A DNA stretch of 64,000 nucleotides from the IMG/VR virus record IMGVR_UViG_3300044644_001556. The stretch is one strand, 5' to 3'. Below the pieces are notes generated by a model. The model was not told the origin of the DNA, ran no database searches, and worked only from the letters and a program-made list of their open reading frames with translations. Below, in pieces: positions 45,168 to 55,545 of this stretch. The position numbers and the translations under genes are program-made. This DNA is from a virus. Every line of letters starts with the position of its first letter. Position 1 is the stretch's first letter.

Positions 45168-48005
45168 TTAGACACCAGGTGTTGTACTAGCACTAACTAA
45201 ACTATCTAAACTAGTACCCACTGAGTTAGTAGCAGTTACTGTAAATGTATACGCAGTTCCGTTAGTTAATCCGGTTACTGTAATTGGCGATGCAATTCCA
45301 GTAGCTGTTATATTATCAGGATTTGATGTTACGGTATAACTAGTAATTGCACTACCACCATCGTTAGCTGGCGGAGTAAATTCTACCGTTACTTCAGCAT
45401 CGCCATTAATAGTAGTAATTATACTTGGAGCATCGGCGATAGTCACCGGAGTTACTCCACCACTTGGTAAACTTGCAGCACTAACACCAACTGAGTTAGT
45501 AGCGGTTACTGTAAATGTATACGCAGTTCCGTTAGTTAATCCGGTTACTGTAATTGGTGACGCAGTTCCAGTAGCTGTTATATTACCAGGATTTGATGTT
45601 ATGGTATAACCAGTAATTGCACTACCACCATTGTTAGTTGGTGGCGTAAATTCTACCGTAGCTTGGGCATTACCGACAACAATATTACCTACAGTTGGGG
45701 CGTCAGCGATAGTTGCTGGTGCTATCGGGGCGATACTAGAGCTAGCTGTGCTTGCAGCACTAACACCAACTGAGTTAGTAGCGGTTACTGTAAATGTATA
45801 TGCAGTTCCGTTAGTTAATCCAGTTACCGTAATTGGCGATACAGTTCCAGTAGCTGTTATATTGCCGGGATTTGATGTTACTGTATAACCGGTAATTGTA
45901 CTACCACCATTGTTAGTTGGTGGAGTAAATTCAACTGTTACTTCGGTATTACCAGCAACTACATTACCAATGGTCGGTGCAGCAGCTACCGTAATTGGAA
46001 CAATTGGAGTAATACTAGAGCTAGCGGCACTAGCAGTACTGATACCAATTGCGTTAGTCGCAGTTACTGTAAATGTATATGCTGTTCCGTTAGTTAAACC
46101 AGTTACTATAATAGGAGACGAAGTTCCTACTGCTGTTATATTGCCGGGATTTGATGTTACCGTATAACTAGTAATTGCACTACCGCCATTGTTAGTTGGC
46201 GGTGTAAATTCTACGGTTACTTCGGCATTACCGACAGTCGCAGTTCCAATAGTTGGTGCACCAGCTACAGTAATTGGTATCACTGGGGTTATACTATTAC
46301 TTGCTGCACTTGCAGCACTAACACCAACTGAGTTAGTAGCGGTTACTGTAAATGTATATGCAGTTCCGTTAGTTAATCCAGTTACGGTAATTGGTGATGC
46401 AGTTCCGGTAGCTGTTATGTTACCCGGATTTGATGTTACGGTATAACCAGTAATTGCACTGCCGCCATCATTAACTGGAGGTATAAATTCAACAGTAGCT
46501 TGAGTATTACCGACAGTCGCAGTTCCAATAGTTGGTGCATCAGCTACAGTAATTGGTATCACTGGGGTTATACTATTACTTACTGCACTTGAGTTACTAG
46601 TACCAGCTAAATTAACAGCAGCAATTGTAAATGTATACGCCGTTCCTGTTGTTAAACCAGTCACCGTAATAGGTGAAGTTAAGCCAGAAGCTGTTATATT
46701 ACCGGGATTTGAAGTCGCTACGTAACTAGTAATTGTACTTCCGCCGTCATTAACTGGCGGATTAAATCCAACTGTTGCTGAGGTAGGAGTAGCCATAACC
46801 GCCGTTCCGATAATTGGTGCATCGGCGATAGTAATCGGCGTTACTGAATTACTTGGGATACTAGATGGACTAGATCCGGCTGCATTAACAGCAGAAACAG
46901 TAAATGTATAAACTGTTCCGTATGTTAACCCAGAAATCATAGTCGGCGATGAACTATCAGTTATCGTTATATTGCCTGGGTTTGATGTTACGATATAATT
47001 TGCTATAGCACTGCCGCCTGTATTTGCGGGTACGGTATAAGTTATAGTTGCTGTGTTATTATTTAACGCCACGTTCGTTATCGATGGTGCAGTCGGTATA
47101 GTAATTGGCGTAATACTAGCACTAGCAGTACTTACTGAACTTACGCCGACTGAGTTAGTTGCGGTTATAGTAAACGTATATGGAGTCCCGTTAGTTAAAC
47201 CAGAAACCACTATAGGTGATGCAGTTCCAGTAGCCATTATATTTCCTGGATTTGAGGTTACCGTATATTGAGTTATTACGGCTCCGCCATTATCCATTGG
47301 GGGTGTAAATTCTATGGATGCTTGAGCATTACCTCCGGTGACTGTATTAATACTTGGTGCGCCCGGTATAGTATTTGGTCGGAATGGAGTTATACTATTG
47401 CTCGGTAAACTAGCTGGGCTGTTGCCGCCAGCATTGATAGCAGAAACAGTAAAAGTATACGGTATTCCGTTAGTTAAACCAGTTATTACAATAGGAGACT
47501 CAGTACCTGTTGCCGTTATATTACCAGGTATTGATTTTACTAAAAATCCAGTAATTGGATTTCCTCCGTCGTAATATGGTTCCGCGAACGAAACTGTAGC
47601 TCTCGCATCGCCAACGACCGCTACGACTGAAGTTGGAGCATCAGATACGGCCGGTAATTTTATACCGATTGCGTATTCTACGGTAATTGGATCAGTCGAA
47701 TCAGTTGATATACTAATAGTTGTTTCGGCACCGTCGTAAGCGAATAATTTAGTAGTAACAGGTATCGATTGACTAGTCGTTACGTCAATCAAATCACTAC
47801 TTAGTATAACGCCGGCTCCGAGATTACCTAATACCATAGGACTATCAACATTAGTTAAATCTACAGAACCGATGGTATAACTACCGAACGGTAACTGCAT
47901 ATTACTAGCGATAATTCTATTCGTAGTTATACGACCATAGGCATTCTCGGTTTTAAGATCTGAGTTAAAATCAACTGCCAACGTAGTTGGGTTTCTTATC
48001 GCCAT
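45168..48005 (-). CDS. fibronectin type III repeat virion-surface protein (9 FN3 domains)
   Basis: Nine ~93-aa repeats AP...PxxNGGSAITGYTVTSNPG...GLTNGTAYTFTVTATNSVG; ATAAATAT at 48031-48038. Confidence 0.9.
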   Translation of the reverse strand: MAIRNPTTLAVDFNSDLKTENAYGRITTNRIIASNMQLPFGSYTIGSVDLTNVDSPMVLGNLGAGVILSSDLIDVTTSQSIPVTTKLFAYDGAETTISISTDSTDPITVEYAIGIKLPAVSDAPTSVVAVVGDARATVSFAEPYYDGGNPITGFLVKSIPGNITATGTESPIVITGLTNGIPYTFTVSAINAGGNSPASLPSNSITPFRPNTIPGAPSINTVTGGNAQASIEFTPPMDNGGAVITQYTVTSNPGNIMATGTASPIVVSGLTNGTPYTFTITATNSVGVSSVSTASASITPITIPTAPSITNVALNNNTATITYTVPANTGGSAIANYIVTSNPGNITITDSSSPTMISGLTYGTVYTFTVSAVNAAGSSPSSIPSNSVTPITIADAPIIGTAVMATPTSATVGFNPPVNDGGSTITSYVATSNPGNITASGLTSPITVTGLTTGTAYTFTIAAVNLAGTSNSSAVSNSITPVIPITVADAPTIGTATVGNTQATVEFIPPVNDGGSAITGYTVTSNPGNITATGTASPITVTGLTNGTAYTFTVTATNSVGVSAASAASNSITPVIPITVAGAPTIGTATVGNAEVTVEFTPPTNNGGSAITSYTVTSNPGNITAVGTSSPIIVTGLTNGTAYTFTVTATNAIGISTASAASSSITPIVPITVAAAPTIGNVVAGNTEVTVEFTPPTNNGGSTITGYTVTSNPGNITATGTVSPITVTGLTNGTAYTFTVTATNSVGVSAASTASSSIAPIAPATIADAPTVGNIVVGNAQATVEFTPPTNNGGSAITGYTITSNPGNITATGTASPITVTGLTNGTAYTFTVTATNSVGVSAASLPSGGVTPVTIADAPSIITTINGDAEVTVEFTPPANDGGSAITSYTVTSNPDNITATGIASPITVTGLTNGTAYTFTVTATNSVGTSLDSLVSASTTPGV

Positions 48006-48058
48006 TATAAATCTCCTCGATTAAATAACGATATTTATGTGTTAATTTTAAATAATGC

Positions 48059-48121
48059 GCCGGGTATAGGATTCAAACCTATAACTCTAATTAGTATTTT
48101 ATCAACTTAAACTAACCCGGG
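48059..48121 (-). pseudogene. degenerate tRNA lacking a normal anticodon arm
   Basis: CCGGGT/ACCCGG acceptor and ATAGG-TTTGAAT-CCTAT T-arm; only ~14 nt between the D and T arms. Confidence 0.5.
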
Positions 48122-48352
48122 TAATTTGATAAGTATTACTTCGATTTACTTTTTAAAACTCGCGATTTTGCTAATTGATCATCGATAATTTGCTGAGCTT
48201 TAGCATCAACTTTCGATTTCGTATCATCTGTTTTTTTCTCGGCGCCTTTAACATCAGCTTTTAGTATTGCTGATTTATATACATCTTTAAAACTCATAAC
48301 ATCTCCCTAATTTAAATATAGTATATAGTAGCAATTTAAAAAAGTGTCACAA

Positions 48353-48697
48353 TTATTGAACTGGCGTTTGTGATACTGGTTCATTTGAGTTTTGAACTTC
48401 TGCCTCATCTATTGATTTTTCGATTTTAGTTACTTCTTGTTCAGCATTTGATATTGCTTTTTCAACAGTAACCGATTCTTCCTCGTCTATTTCATTAGAA
48501 TATACTTTAATGCATTGTTCTGCTTCGTCGAATGAAACTGCGGACGATAAACATTGTCTAAATTTTAATTCGTTTGGTGTTGGTGGTTCAGATTCGATTA
48601 GATTAAACTTTAATGCGACACCGTAACCTACGAATAATACGAATATCGCCAATCCCGTAATAAAGGAATATTTTATTAATTTTATCAAACTGTTCAT
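48353..48697 (-). CDS. membrane-anchored hypothetical protein
   Basis: N-terminal TM helix, acidic tail. Confidence 0.55.
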   Translation of the reverse strand: MNSLIKLIKYSFITGLAIFVLFVGYGVALKFNLIESEPPTPNELKFRQCLSSAVSFDEAEQCIKVYSNEIDEEESVTVEKAISNAEQEVTKIEKSIDEAEVQNSNEPVSQTPVQ

Positions 48698-49219
48698 TTT
48701 AACTCCTAATTAAAAATAATATTAAAGAAATTTACTTAATGTGTAATTTATAGTCCATCTAATATATGGGCCGCTAGGATCGTGTTTATTTAAAAACTTA
48801 CGTTCTACTTTATGCCATTTATTTCGAACTGGTAATGGTGCATGGCTTCCCATATAATGTAGATATCTAAAGATGTCACATTGAGTTCTTTTGTTTATCG
48901 TATTAGCATCAGCCATATACCGTTTAGTATTATCGAACCAATTATATTTGGCGTACGATCTAATTGATCCATTTTTAACTCTGTTTATAGGTCTAAATAA
49001 TATCATAAAATTAATCCATTTAAAATAAATTATTACGTGTGCGGTCAAAAACTTTATATTCAATCGAATATCGTTCCATTAATGGTTCGATATAGGTTAT
49101 AGCGTCATTTAAATCATTAAATATTTTATTATCTAATTCGTTAATATATTCATCCATCATTATTAATATACTATCATCATTTGGAAAAATAATATTATAA
49201 CTAATTCTTCTAACCATAA

Positions 49220-49552
49220 CTACATCTCCGCTTCTCGAACCGGAATTACTACATTGTTAGTAAATGTTTTTTTACAAAAAGGTGGATGACTACGTTTAAC
49301 TAATCGACGAGATGTATATATAAAATCATTAATATTTTCGCCTAATGATAATATTAAATTACAATTCGTATTTGGATTAAGTTCAGAACTAGTCCAATAA
49401 TACTCATTCGTCGGTTTTAAAATATTTAACATTTCATCGAAAGTCGGTAAACGCCAACCAATTTTATTATCGATATTTAAGAATCGACAGTACAAAACCG
49501 AATCATACCAATTTAATCGTTTATAATATTGCGGTAATGCAACTTCAATCAT
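49220..49552 (-). CDS. DUF1566/Lcl-like protein
   Basis: LNWYDSVLYCRFL...GWRLPT.DE...YWTSS...VIPVR. Confidence 0.75.
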   Translation of the reverse strand: MIEVALPQYYKRLNWYDSVLYCRFLNIDNKIGWRLPTFDEMLNILKPTNEYYWTSSELNPNTNCNLILSLGENINDFIYTSRRLVKRSHPPFCKKTFTNNVVIPVREAEM

Positions 49553-49983
49553 ATAAAAAAATAAGATAGATCTTGAATATCAATTGCTTTCCATTTACCG
49601 TTCAAAAACAAATAATGATAGTTTTTAGGATTATCTAAAATTGATGCAATATAAGAACCGACAGATTCATATAAATCATATAAAACTATATCGCCCCGAT
49701 CTCTACTATATAATACCGTTACATCATCGGCTGGAGTTTCAAACGAATGTTTACTATGCGAATCAAACTTATGTTTATTCCTTGACGTAACTTCAATAGG
49801 ATTATAATACATCCCTAATGAATATATAGCTCCACCACTAACTAAAGTTTCGGCATCTTCTTGTTCGCTATAAAATTGATTTAGTAATTTGCCGGCGTGT
49901 TTAATATCACCATCTAATTGTAAATGAACTACTTTAATTGTGCAGTCGGATAATTGGACTGCTAATGATGCATTCGTTCCCAT
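49549..49983 (-). CDS. conserved phage hypothetical protein
   Basis: MGTNASL...LDG...GKLL...YSRDRG...YLF..GKW pattern. Confidence 0.55.
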   Translation of the reverse strand: MGTNASLAVQLSDCTIKVVHLQLDGDIKHAGKLLNQFYSEQEDAETLVSGGAIYSLGMYYNPIEVTSRNKHKFDSHSKHSFETPADDVTVLYSRDRGDIVLYDLYESVGSYIASILDNPKNYHYLFLNGKWKAIDIQDLSYFFI

Positions 49984-50008
49984 TTAAAGCTCCTACCCGT
50001 AAAAATAT

Positions 50009-50037
50009 ATTATATCATACTATAATACTTTAGTCAA
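50009..50037 (-). promoter_or_regulatory. early promoter with conserved spacer
   Basis: TTGACT-aaagtattatagtatga-TATAAT. Confidence 0.75.
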
Positions 50038-50078
50038 TCATAAATAAAACGATTATATTTTAATTAATCGGATTAGTT

Positions 50079-50339
50079 ATGAGAAAAAATGAAAATGTCG
50101 GTCATAAATGGCGAGAAGCATTAGCTTGGTCTTATGTTGTAATTTGTTTATATGATTTTATGATAGGTCCGATCATTTATAATGTTTTGCAATTTTATAA
50201 TCCGGATCAACAAATTGGGATGTGGCAAGCAATTACGTTACAGGGTGGGGGTTTGTATCACTTATCGATGGGTGCGGTAATCGGTATTAGCGCTCACGGA
50301 AGAACTCAAGAAAAATTAGCGGATAAAGAAAATACTTAA
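50079..50339 (+). CDS. holin-like membrane protein
   Basis: KWR.ALAW.Y..IC..DF...P; W..ITLQGGGL.HLSMGA..G.SA.GRT.EK; late-type ATAAATA upstream. Confidence 0.55.
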   Translation: MRKNENVGHKWREALAWSYVVICLYDFMIGPIIYNVLQFYNPDQQIGMWQAITLQGGGLYHLSMGAVIGISAHGRTQEKLADKENT

Positions 50340-50711
50340 TTAGACCTCTTCGGGTAATTCACTATCTAAAATATAGTCGATAAATTCACTAAGTTCGCCT
50401 GCGTTGTAATTAGGGTATTCGTTTCGTATTTCATCTTCCGATCCAGTAATGGGTTTATCATTATAAGAAACGATTACTGTACCATCACTGAGTAATAATA
50501 ATTGAATTGTTGATATTTTACCTAATTCGGAATTATATGCAATAACCTTAGTATCTGATTTCCAATTAACTTGATCGTAATCATATTGTTTTAACTTTGG
50601 ATTAACAACTTCATAAAATTTACGTTTTTGTTTTTCGTAAAATTGATTTATACCTTTTATTCCACCGAATAATAAATCTGGAGTTTTATAATATTTGTAT
50701 AAATTTAACAT
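50340..50711 (-). CDS. late protein with LNLYxY N-terminal motif
   Basis: MLNLYKYYKTP; TATAAATA at 50736-50743. Confidence 0.55.
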   Translation of the reverse strand: MLNLYKYYKTPDLLFGGIKGINQFYEKQKRKFYEVVNPKLKQYDYDQVNWKSDTKVIAYNSELGKISTIQLLLLSDGTVIVSYNDKPITGSEDEIRNEYPNYNAGELSEFIDYILDSELPEEV

Positions 50712-50776
50712 TGATATTTACCGGATCAAATAACATATTTATATATTATTCGATCCGATAATCACATATCATAATA

Positions 50777-51025
50777 TTAAAATGATATAATTAACGAAGT
50801 AATTGTTTCTTCATTTTCTTTAGTGTCGACTAATTTAACATTGGCATTAAAGCCGCTTAAATCGGCTGTAAGCTGGTTAATACTATCTTCATCAAATGAT
50901 ATTGATAGATTATAAAACTTTAATCTACGGCCGGTTTTGCGCTTATCATTAACCATTTTCTGGTATGATCTACCGATAGCGGCCTCAACGATAGATCTTA
51001 CATGAGTAGTTGGGTTTGCTTCCAT
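50777..51025 (-). CDS. small protein, paralog family B
   Basis: THVRSIV..AIG...NDKRKTGRRLKFY...SINQL. Confidence 0.55.
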   Translation of the reverse strand: MEANPTTHVRSIVEAAIGRSYQKMVNDKRKTGRRLKFYNLSISFDEDSINQLTADLSGFNANVKLVDTKENEETITSLIISF

Positions 51026-51899
51026 TTTAATTTTCCTTAAATGTCTTATTAATTCAATTAATTGTTAGGATTCTGGATTACTTAGTTGCTTCAATTGTTC
51101 GTGGGTTTTATACCCGAAATAAAATATATTATTTTCTGCGACACAGAACGAATAACCATCACGTTCAATAAGCAATAGATAATCAATACTACCTTCAGGA
51201 TTCGATAACCAACCACTTTCTGAAATTTCATTGACTAATTCAGTTAACTCAACAGCATCTTGAATATCTTCGAAAAAAGCATCTTGATCTTCATTATCTT
51301 TATCTTTTAATTCCGTGGCGAATTTAATAACCGATAATGGAACCGCAAATTGTTCGTAATGCGTTTTACCCTGATTTTTTTTAATAGCTAAAACATTTAA
51401 CATATATTCTCTCCTATTCTGCGATGGTTAAATTAAACAATTGAACATTCCAAACAACGCCACCGGCGGCTTCAACTTTAGCATACTTAGCAAATAATTC
51501 TACTATTTTACCGGTCATTACTCGATCGTCAGGAACCCAAGTTACATTCATTCCAACTTTATATGGGTTACTAACTTGTTGTTGGTATGGGTTAATGTGA
51601 TGTGCGTACGAAACTGGTCCAACTCTCATATATTTCTCCTATATTATATCTAATTTAGACTACAATGTCTACCTATTTTACAAATTAATTAATCCAGTTA
51701 CTAAAAAAATAAGAAATAATATTCCTATTATTGCAGCAATACTAATTCTATGAATAAATGTTTCTTGACTTAATCGAAACTTCGAAAAATTATGCAATTG
51801 TTTTTGACGTCTATTAATCCGTCTGTGTTTTATATGACGTTTTATTTTATTCAATCTACTCATATTATTTCCTTTTTAAAATCGGACTCTAAAAAAACA

Positions 51900-52047
51900 A
51901 ACCGATGTATTACTATTAGTATCCCAAATCGGTTACCAGATACGTTATATAGAAGTGTGACTATCTATACCTTGAAATGCAAAAATAAAAGTGATAGATA
52001 AACGCAAGTTCACTTTTATCATAATAAAATATCGATAGTAATCGCAA
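51900..52047 (-). ncRNA. double-pseudoknot leader RNA, copy A
   Basis: Homologous to 56278-56443, with compensatory stem changes. Confidence 0.6.
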
Positions 52048-52061
52048 TAATTTTATTATGT

Positions 52062-52667
52062 TTATCTAATTCTAGGAATCAATATATGATTTCTAATGAC
52101 ATCACATACGATAGGCTTATAGTTACCATTGGTATCTAATGATGCCATTCCATTATTACTTAACCAATTACTTAGTTGATTAGCATTTTCAAACGATATT
52201 TGTTCGTATGTATTACCTGATTTGCCGTATACGAACCCGTTACCCACACCGGGATATACGGTAACGACTTTATCATGATCGACATTAAAATTTAATCGGA
52301 TCAGACTATTTGGTCGTTCCATCGACGTATCAATGTAATCGATTATTTCAGCCTCAATAATTTTATTGCTGCTACCGGATCGAATAAATCTAACCATTAT
52401 TAAATTTGGGCCAGTATACTTAGATCCTCCGGGGATATAACCTATCATTATCGGTTTACCGATAGATTCAGAATCAAATAATGTATTAGAAGCATATACT
52501 TGAACTGCATCAGGATCATGTCGATTAGTCGGTTCGTGTTTTAACCAACCAATATCGCCAGTACGAATATTACTATATACTGCATTTGCTTCTACATCTC
52601 GATAATAATTACCGACTACTCGATATTTAGTTCCAACCCACTGATTAACTAATGCCTCGCGGACCAT
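52062..52667 (-). CDS. HIRAN-domain protein
   Basis: VVG..YR...LKHEPTNRHDPDAVQVY...IGYIP. Confidence 0.7.
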   Translation of the reverse strand: MVREALVNQWVGTKYRVVGNYYRDVEANAVYSNIRTGDIGWLKHEPTNRHDPDAVQVYASNTLFDSESIGKPIMIGYIPGGSKYTGPNLIMVRFIRSGSSNKIIEAEIIDYIDTSMERPNSLIRLNFNVDHDKVVTVYPGVGNGFVYGKSGNTYEQISFENANQLSNWLSNNGMASLDTNGNYKPIVCDVIRNHILIPRIR

Positions 52668-52813
52668 ATCTATAGTTTGGAAACCGTAATACTTAATACC
52701 ATCTGGATCTGATGGTGCGTCTTTATACGGATCTGATTGAGATATACCATTATCTTCTATTTCACGACAAATAGATTTACTATATGGCGATATCGTTTCA
52801 ATCGGATCCGATT

Positions 52814-53458
52814 TTACTTTTTTCCGAAGCCGCCATTCATCATCATCATTAATGGCAACATCTGAGCCATAGGATTAGCCGTACCCCCACCCATAGTTTG
52901 ACTCATTAATAACATAGGAATCATTTTATCCGCAGTATCAGAATCATCTAACATACCCATCATCATCATTGGCATTAAACTTTGTTGGAAATTATTTACA
53001 CCATCTGAAGGCATCATATTAAATAAGCTACGCAAAATCATCACACCACTTTCAATACCAAGCATTGAAACTTTAGGTGGAGTCCAATCACTACGCGTTC
53101 CATCTTGTTTTAATAATTTAAAGCTTTTTTCTCGAATCTGAACGACCCAACCTAATGCTTTACCAGTTGAACTAGAATAAACTAAATCGCCTAATGAAAT
53201 AGAATTAACTGGAATGCTTTGAGCGAATGCTGGAATACTCATACCCATCTGATCAAACATATTAACACATACTTGGGGTTCTAACGCTTCTTTTTTATCG
53301 TCAGTTAATTCGCCAAGTTCTAAACTTAGAATACCTTCTGATGTATTAAAGCCGATATTACCAGTACCTAAATCCCAAACCATATTATCTACTTTTTTAA
53401 ATAATCGATCTACGAATTTTGAATTAAATTGATTTGAAAAATTATTTACATTATTCAT
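52814..53458 (-). CDS. conserved phage protein with Met-rich C-terminus
   Basis: IPAFAQ...GD; repeated PMMMM tail; promoter at 53500-53528. Confidence 0.6.
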   Translation of the reverse strand: MNNVNNFSNQFNSKFVDRLFKKVDNMVWDLGTGNIGFNTSEGILSLELGELTDDKKEALEPQVCVNMFDQMGMSIPAFAQSIPVNSISLGDLVYSSSTGKALGWVVQIREKSFKLLKQDGTRSDWTPPKVSMLGIESGVMILRSLFNMMPSDGVNNFQQSLMPMMMMGMLDDSDTADKMIPMLLMSQTMGGGTANPMAQMLPLMMMMNGGFGKK

Positions 53459-53499
53459 ATTATTACCTTTTAATAAGTGTTATTTGTTACTACCTAAAT

Positions 53500-53528
53500 A
53501 TTATATCATACTTTAATACTTAGATCAA
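53500..53528 (-). promoter_or_regulatory. early promoter with conserved spacer
   Basis: TTGATC-taagtattaaagtatga-TATAAT. Confidence 0.75.
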
Positions 53529-53932
53529 CTAAAATCTTTATCTGATGGGTTGACTTCGAATCCGTAACTGTCGATATCGAATCCAGATTGTCGATATGAA
53601 TCGGCGATTATCTTTTGCGGCATTAAATTTCGTTGTTTACAACACCAAATATCAACACCTTCATTTAAATAATGTTGATATAGATTGATTATTTGATGAT
53701 ATTGAAGTTGGATTGCGTCCGCACTACCCCAAAAGAATAAATCATTGCAATTTACATATATCCCGATTGCATTGCGGGCGTATTTTGATAATTTTTTATC
53801 TTCTACTTCATCATCGAAGGTTAATGTGTTTATGAAAACTATTCCTTTAGCCAATAAAAATGCTAAAATATCAGTAGTATCATCTTCATCTATTTCTGAC
53901 GGATCGATAGTAACTAAATCTAATTTACTCAT
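53525..53932 (-). CDS. conserved phage hypothetical protein
   Basis: VNCNDLFFWGSADA motif. Confidence 0.55.
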   Translation of the reverse strand: MSKLDLVTIDPSEIDEDDTTDILAFLLAKGIVFINTLTFDDEVEDKKLSKYARNAIGIYVNCNDLFFWGSADAIQLQYHQIINLYQHYLNEGVDIWCCKQRNLMPQKIIADSYRQSGFDIDSYGFEVNPSDKDFS

Positions 53933-54148
53933 TATTGCTCACCTTATGGTATTAAATGAACTCTATTAGCAGCTATTCGAATATTGACTCCATCGCTGCG
54001 TTTAATACATAGAGTCGGAATTTCGGTATAAATTACTTTAGTAATAACGCCAGTCGAATTCGGTTGGTTTTTAACTAACCAATAAACTTTATCACCGGGT
54101 TGTAATTTTTTACGTAATTTTGACATAACTCATTTCCTAAATAAAACA

Positions 54149-55045
54149 TTAATCAATATCGTGTTCTAAATTATATAATTCAGTATCTAATATTTTAGTG
54201 GTCGCTTCAATTAACATCCGATAGCCCCCATGATCGCAAGCTTGACTACCTTCATGACAACCAGGTAACCATTGCTTACGAGTTTTATCTATCAAATTAT
54301 TAACAAACGTACCTTTAATATAATCAGTAAGAAATACAGTTAATTCTTCAACCTTGTTTTTGACTATTAATTCAATAATATGATCATTCAAATTAAAGAA
54401 TGTATTTCTAATATCATGCATCAATGTAACAACTACTAAATTAACTCTATTAGTTATTGGTGATTTTTCAAAGTAGCTTGAAAAACTGCTACTACTATTC
54501 AATTTAAATATAGAAAACATGATACTGTGGGTTGGATCATCTGGATCCGCCATACCACTTACCTTGTTTGTTAATACCTCAATAAATTCTGGTATTTCAC
54601 TAAGAACTTCTTGATATGTATATGGTTGATAACCTGATGCCTCAGCTATATAAACTTCCCGTACCCAATTGTCTAATACATAATCAACTACGTCTTTACG
54701 CATCATAACGAAATCGATCAATCCTCCACCATAAGGATTATTGTATGTGATTTCATTGTCATGAACTAAATCAAAGAATTGATCGACATCAAATTCATCA
54801 TCGTTAGATATATTACATTTTTCCTTGATCGCACGCATCAATGGATCCAATATCACTCCATGTGCATTATTACCACCACCGTAATCATTATAGTTACATT
54901 CAAACGGTACTAATACTGGTGTGAAGAACGATGTGCTGTAACATCTACCTACACCGCTATTCTGGACCAATATAAATGTATAAACTGGTTTATTATCAGT
55001 TATATGCAAATTCGATAAACCACATGTCTTATTCCAGCAACCCAT
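54149..55045 (-). CDS. conserved phage hypothetical protein
   Basis: MGCWNKTCGLSNL...YNDYG...GSQ. Confidence 0.6.
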   Translation of the reverse strand: MGCWNKTCGLSNLHITDNKPVYTFILVQNSGVGRCYSTSFFTPVLVPFECNYNDYGGGNNAHGVILDPLMRAIKEKCNISNDDEFDVDQFFDLVHDNEITYNNPYGGGLIDFVMMRKDVVDYVLDNWVREVYIAEASGYQPYTYQEVLSEIPEFIEVLTNKVSGMADPDDPTHSIMFSIFKLNSSSSFSSYFEKSPITNRVNLVVVTLMHDIRNTFFNLNDHIIELIVKNKVEELTVFLTDYIKGTFVNNLIDKTRKQWLPGCHEGSQACDHGGYRMLIEATTKILDTELYNLEHDID

Positions 55046-55243
55046 TATATTTTCCTAATTTTGACTTACGTAAAAAACGGTTTTGCAATCATTGCATTCA
55101 TACATAATTACTCGGTTATCGTAAATTTCAGTGACTACTGGAGTAAAATGTTCGTGGACTTCTAAAATTCCGCCATTCGGACTAATTGTTTTATCTAATT
55201 GATCACTTGAACAATCTGGGCATTGCATAATTATATTCTCCGT

Positions 55244-55537
55244 TTAACTATATCGTACTAGCAAAAGTAAAGCTGGATTTGGTCTTCTTCGATCTTTTGG
55301 AAATGTGGTCCAGTAGTTAGATATTATACGTCTATTATACGATTTATCTAGCTCTATTTTATTAGTTAATTGTTTAGTAATAATTAACGTATTGATATAT
55401 AAACTTAAATCTTGATAATTAGGAACTTGCCAATGCCTATACCCATCATGATTAAAAAACTGACGATATAATTGGACCTCAGACCAATTATTAATTACTT
55501 TAATTGAATCTATTGGCGCCCATATTAATTCATTCAT
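55244..55537 (-). CDS. divergent mini DUF1566/Lcl-like protein
   Basis: WAP...NWSE..LY.QFF.HDGYRHWQVP...YWT...LLVR. Confidence 0.6.
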   Translation of the reverse strand: MNELIWAPIDSIKVINNWSEVQLYRQFFNHDGYRHWQVPNYQDLSLYINTLIITKQLTNKIELDKSYNRRIISNYWTTFPKDRRRPNPALLLLVRYS

Positions 55538-55545
55538 ATTTTAAA

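Noticed and set aside
45631-47574. Repeated + strand 72-85 aa ORFs
   Set aside because: Antisense shadows of the FN3 repeats.
51792-52001. 69-aa + strand ORF
   Set aside because: Antisense to a gene and overlapping the conserved pseudoknot RNA; the homologous copy at 56.3 kb has no equivalent ORF.
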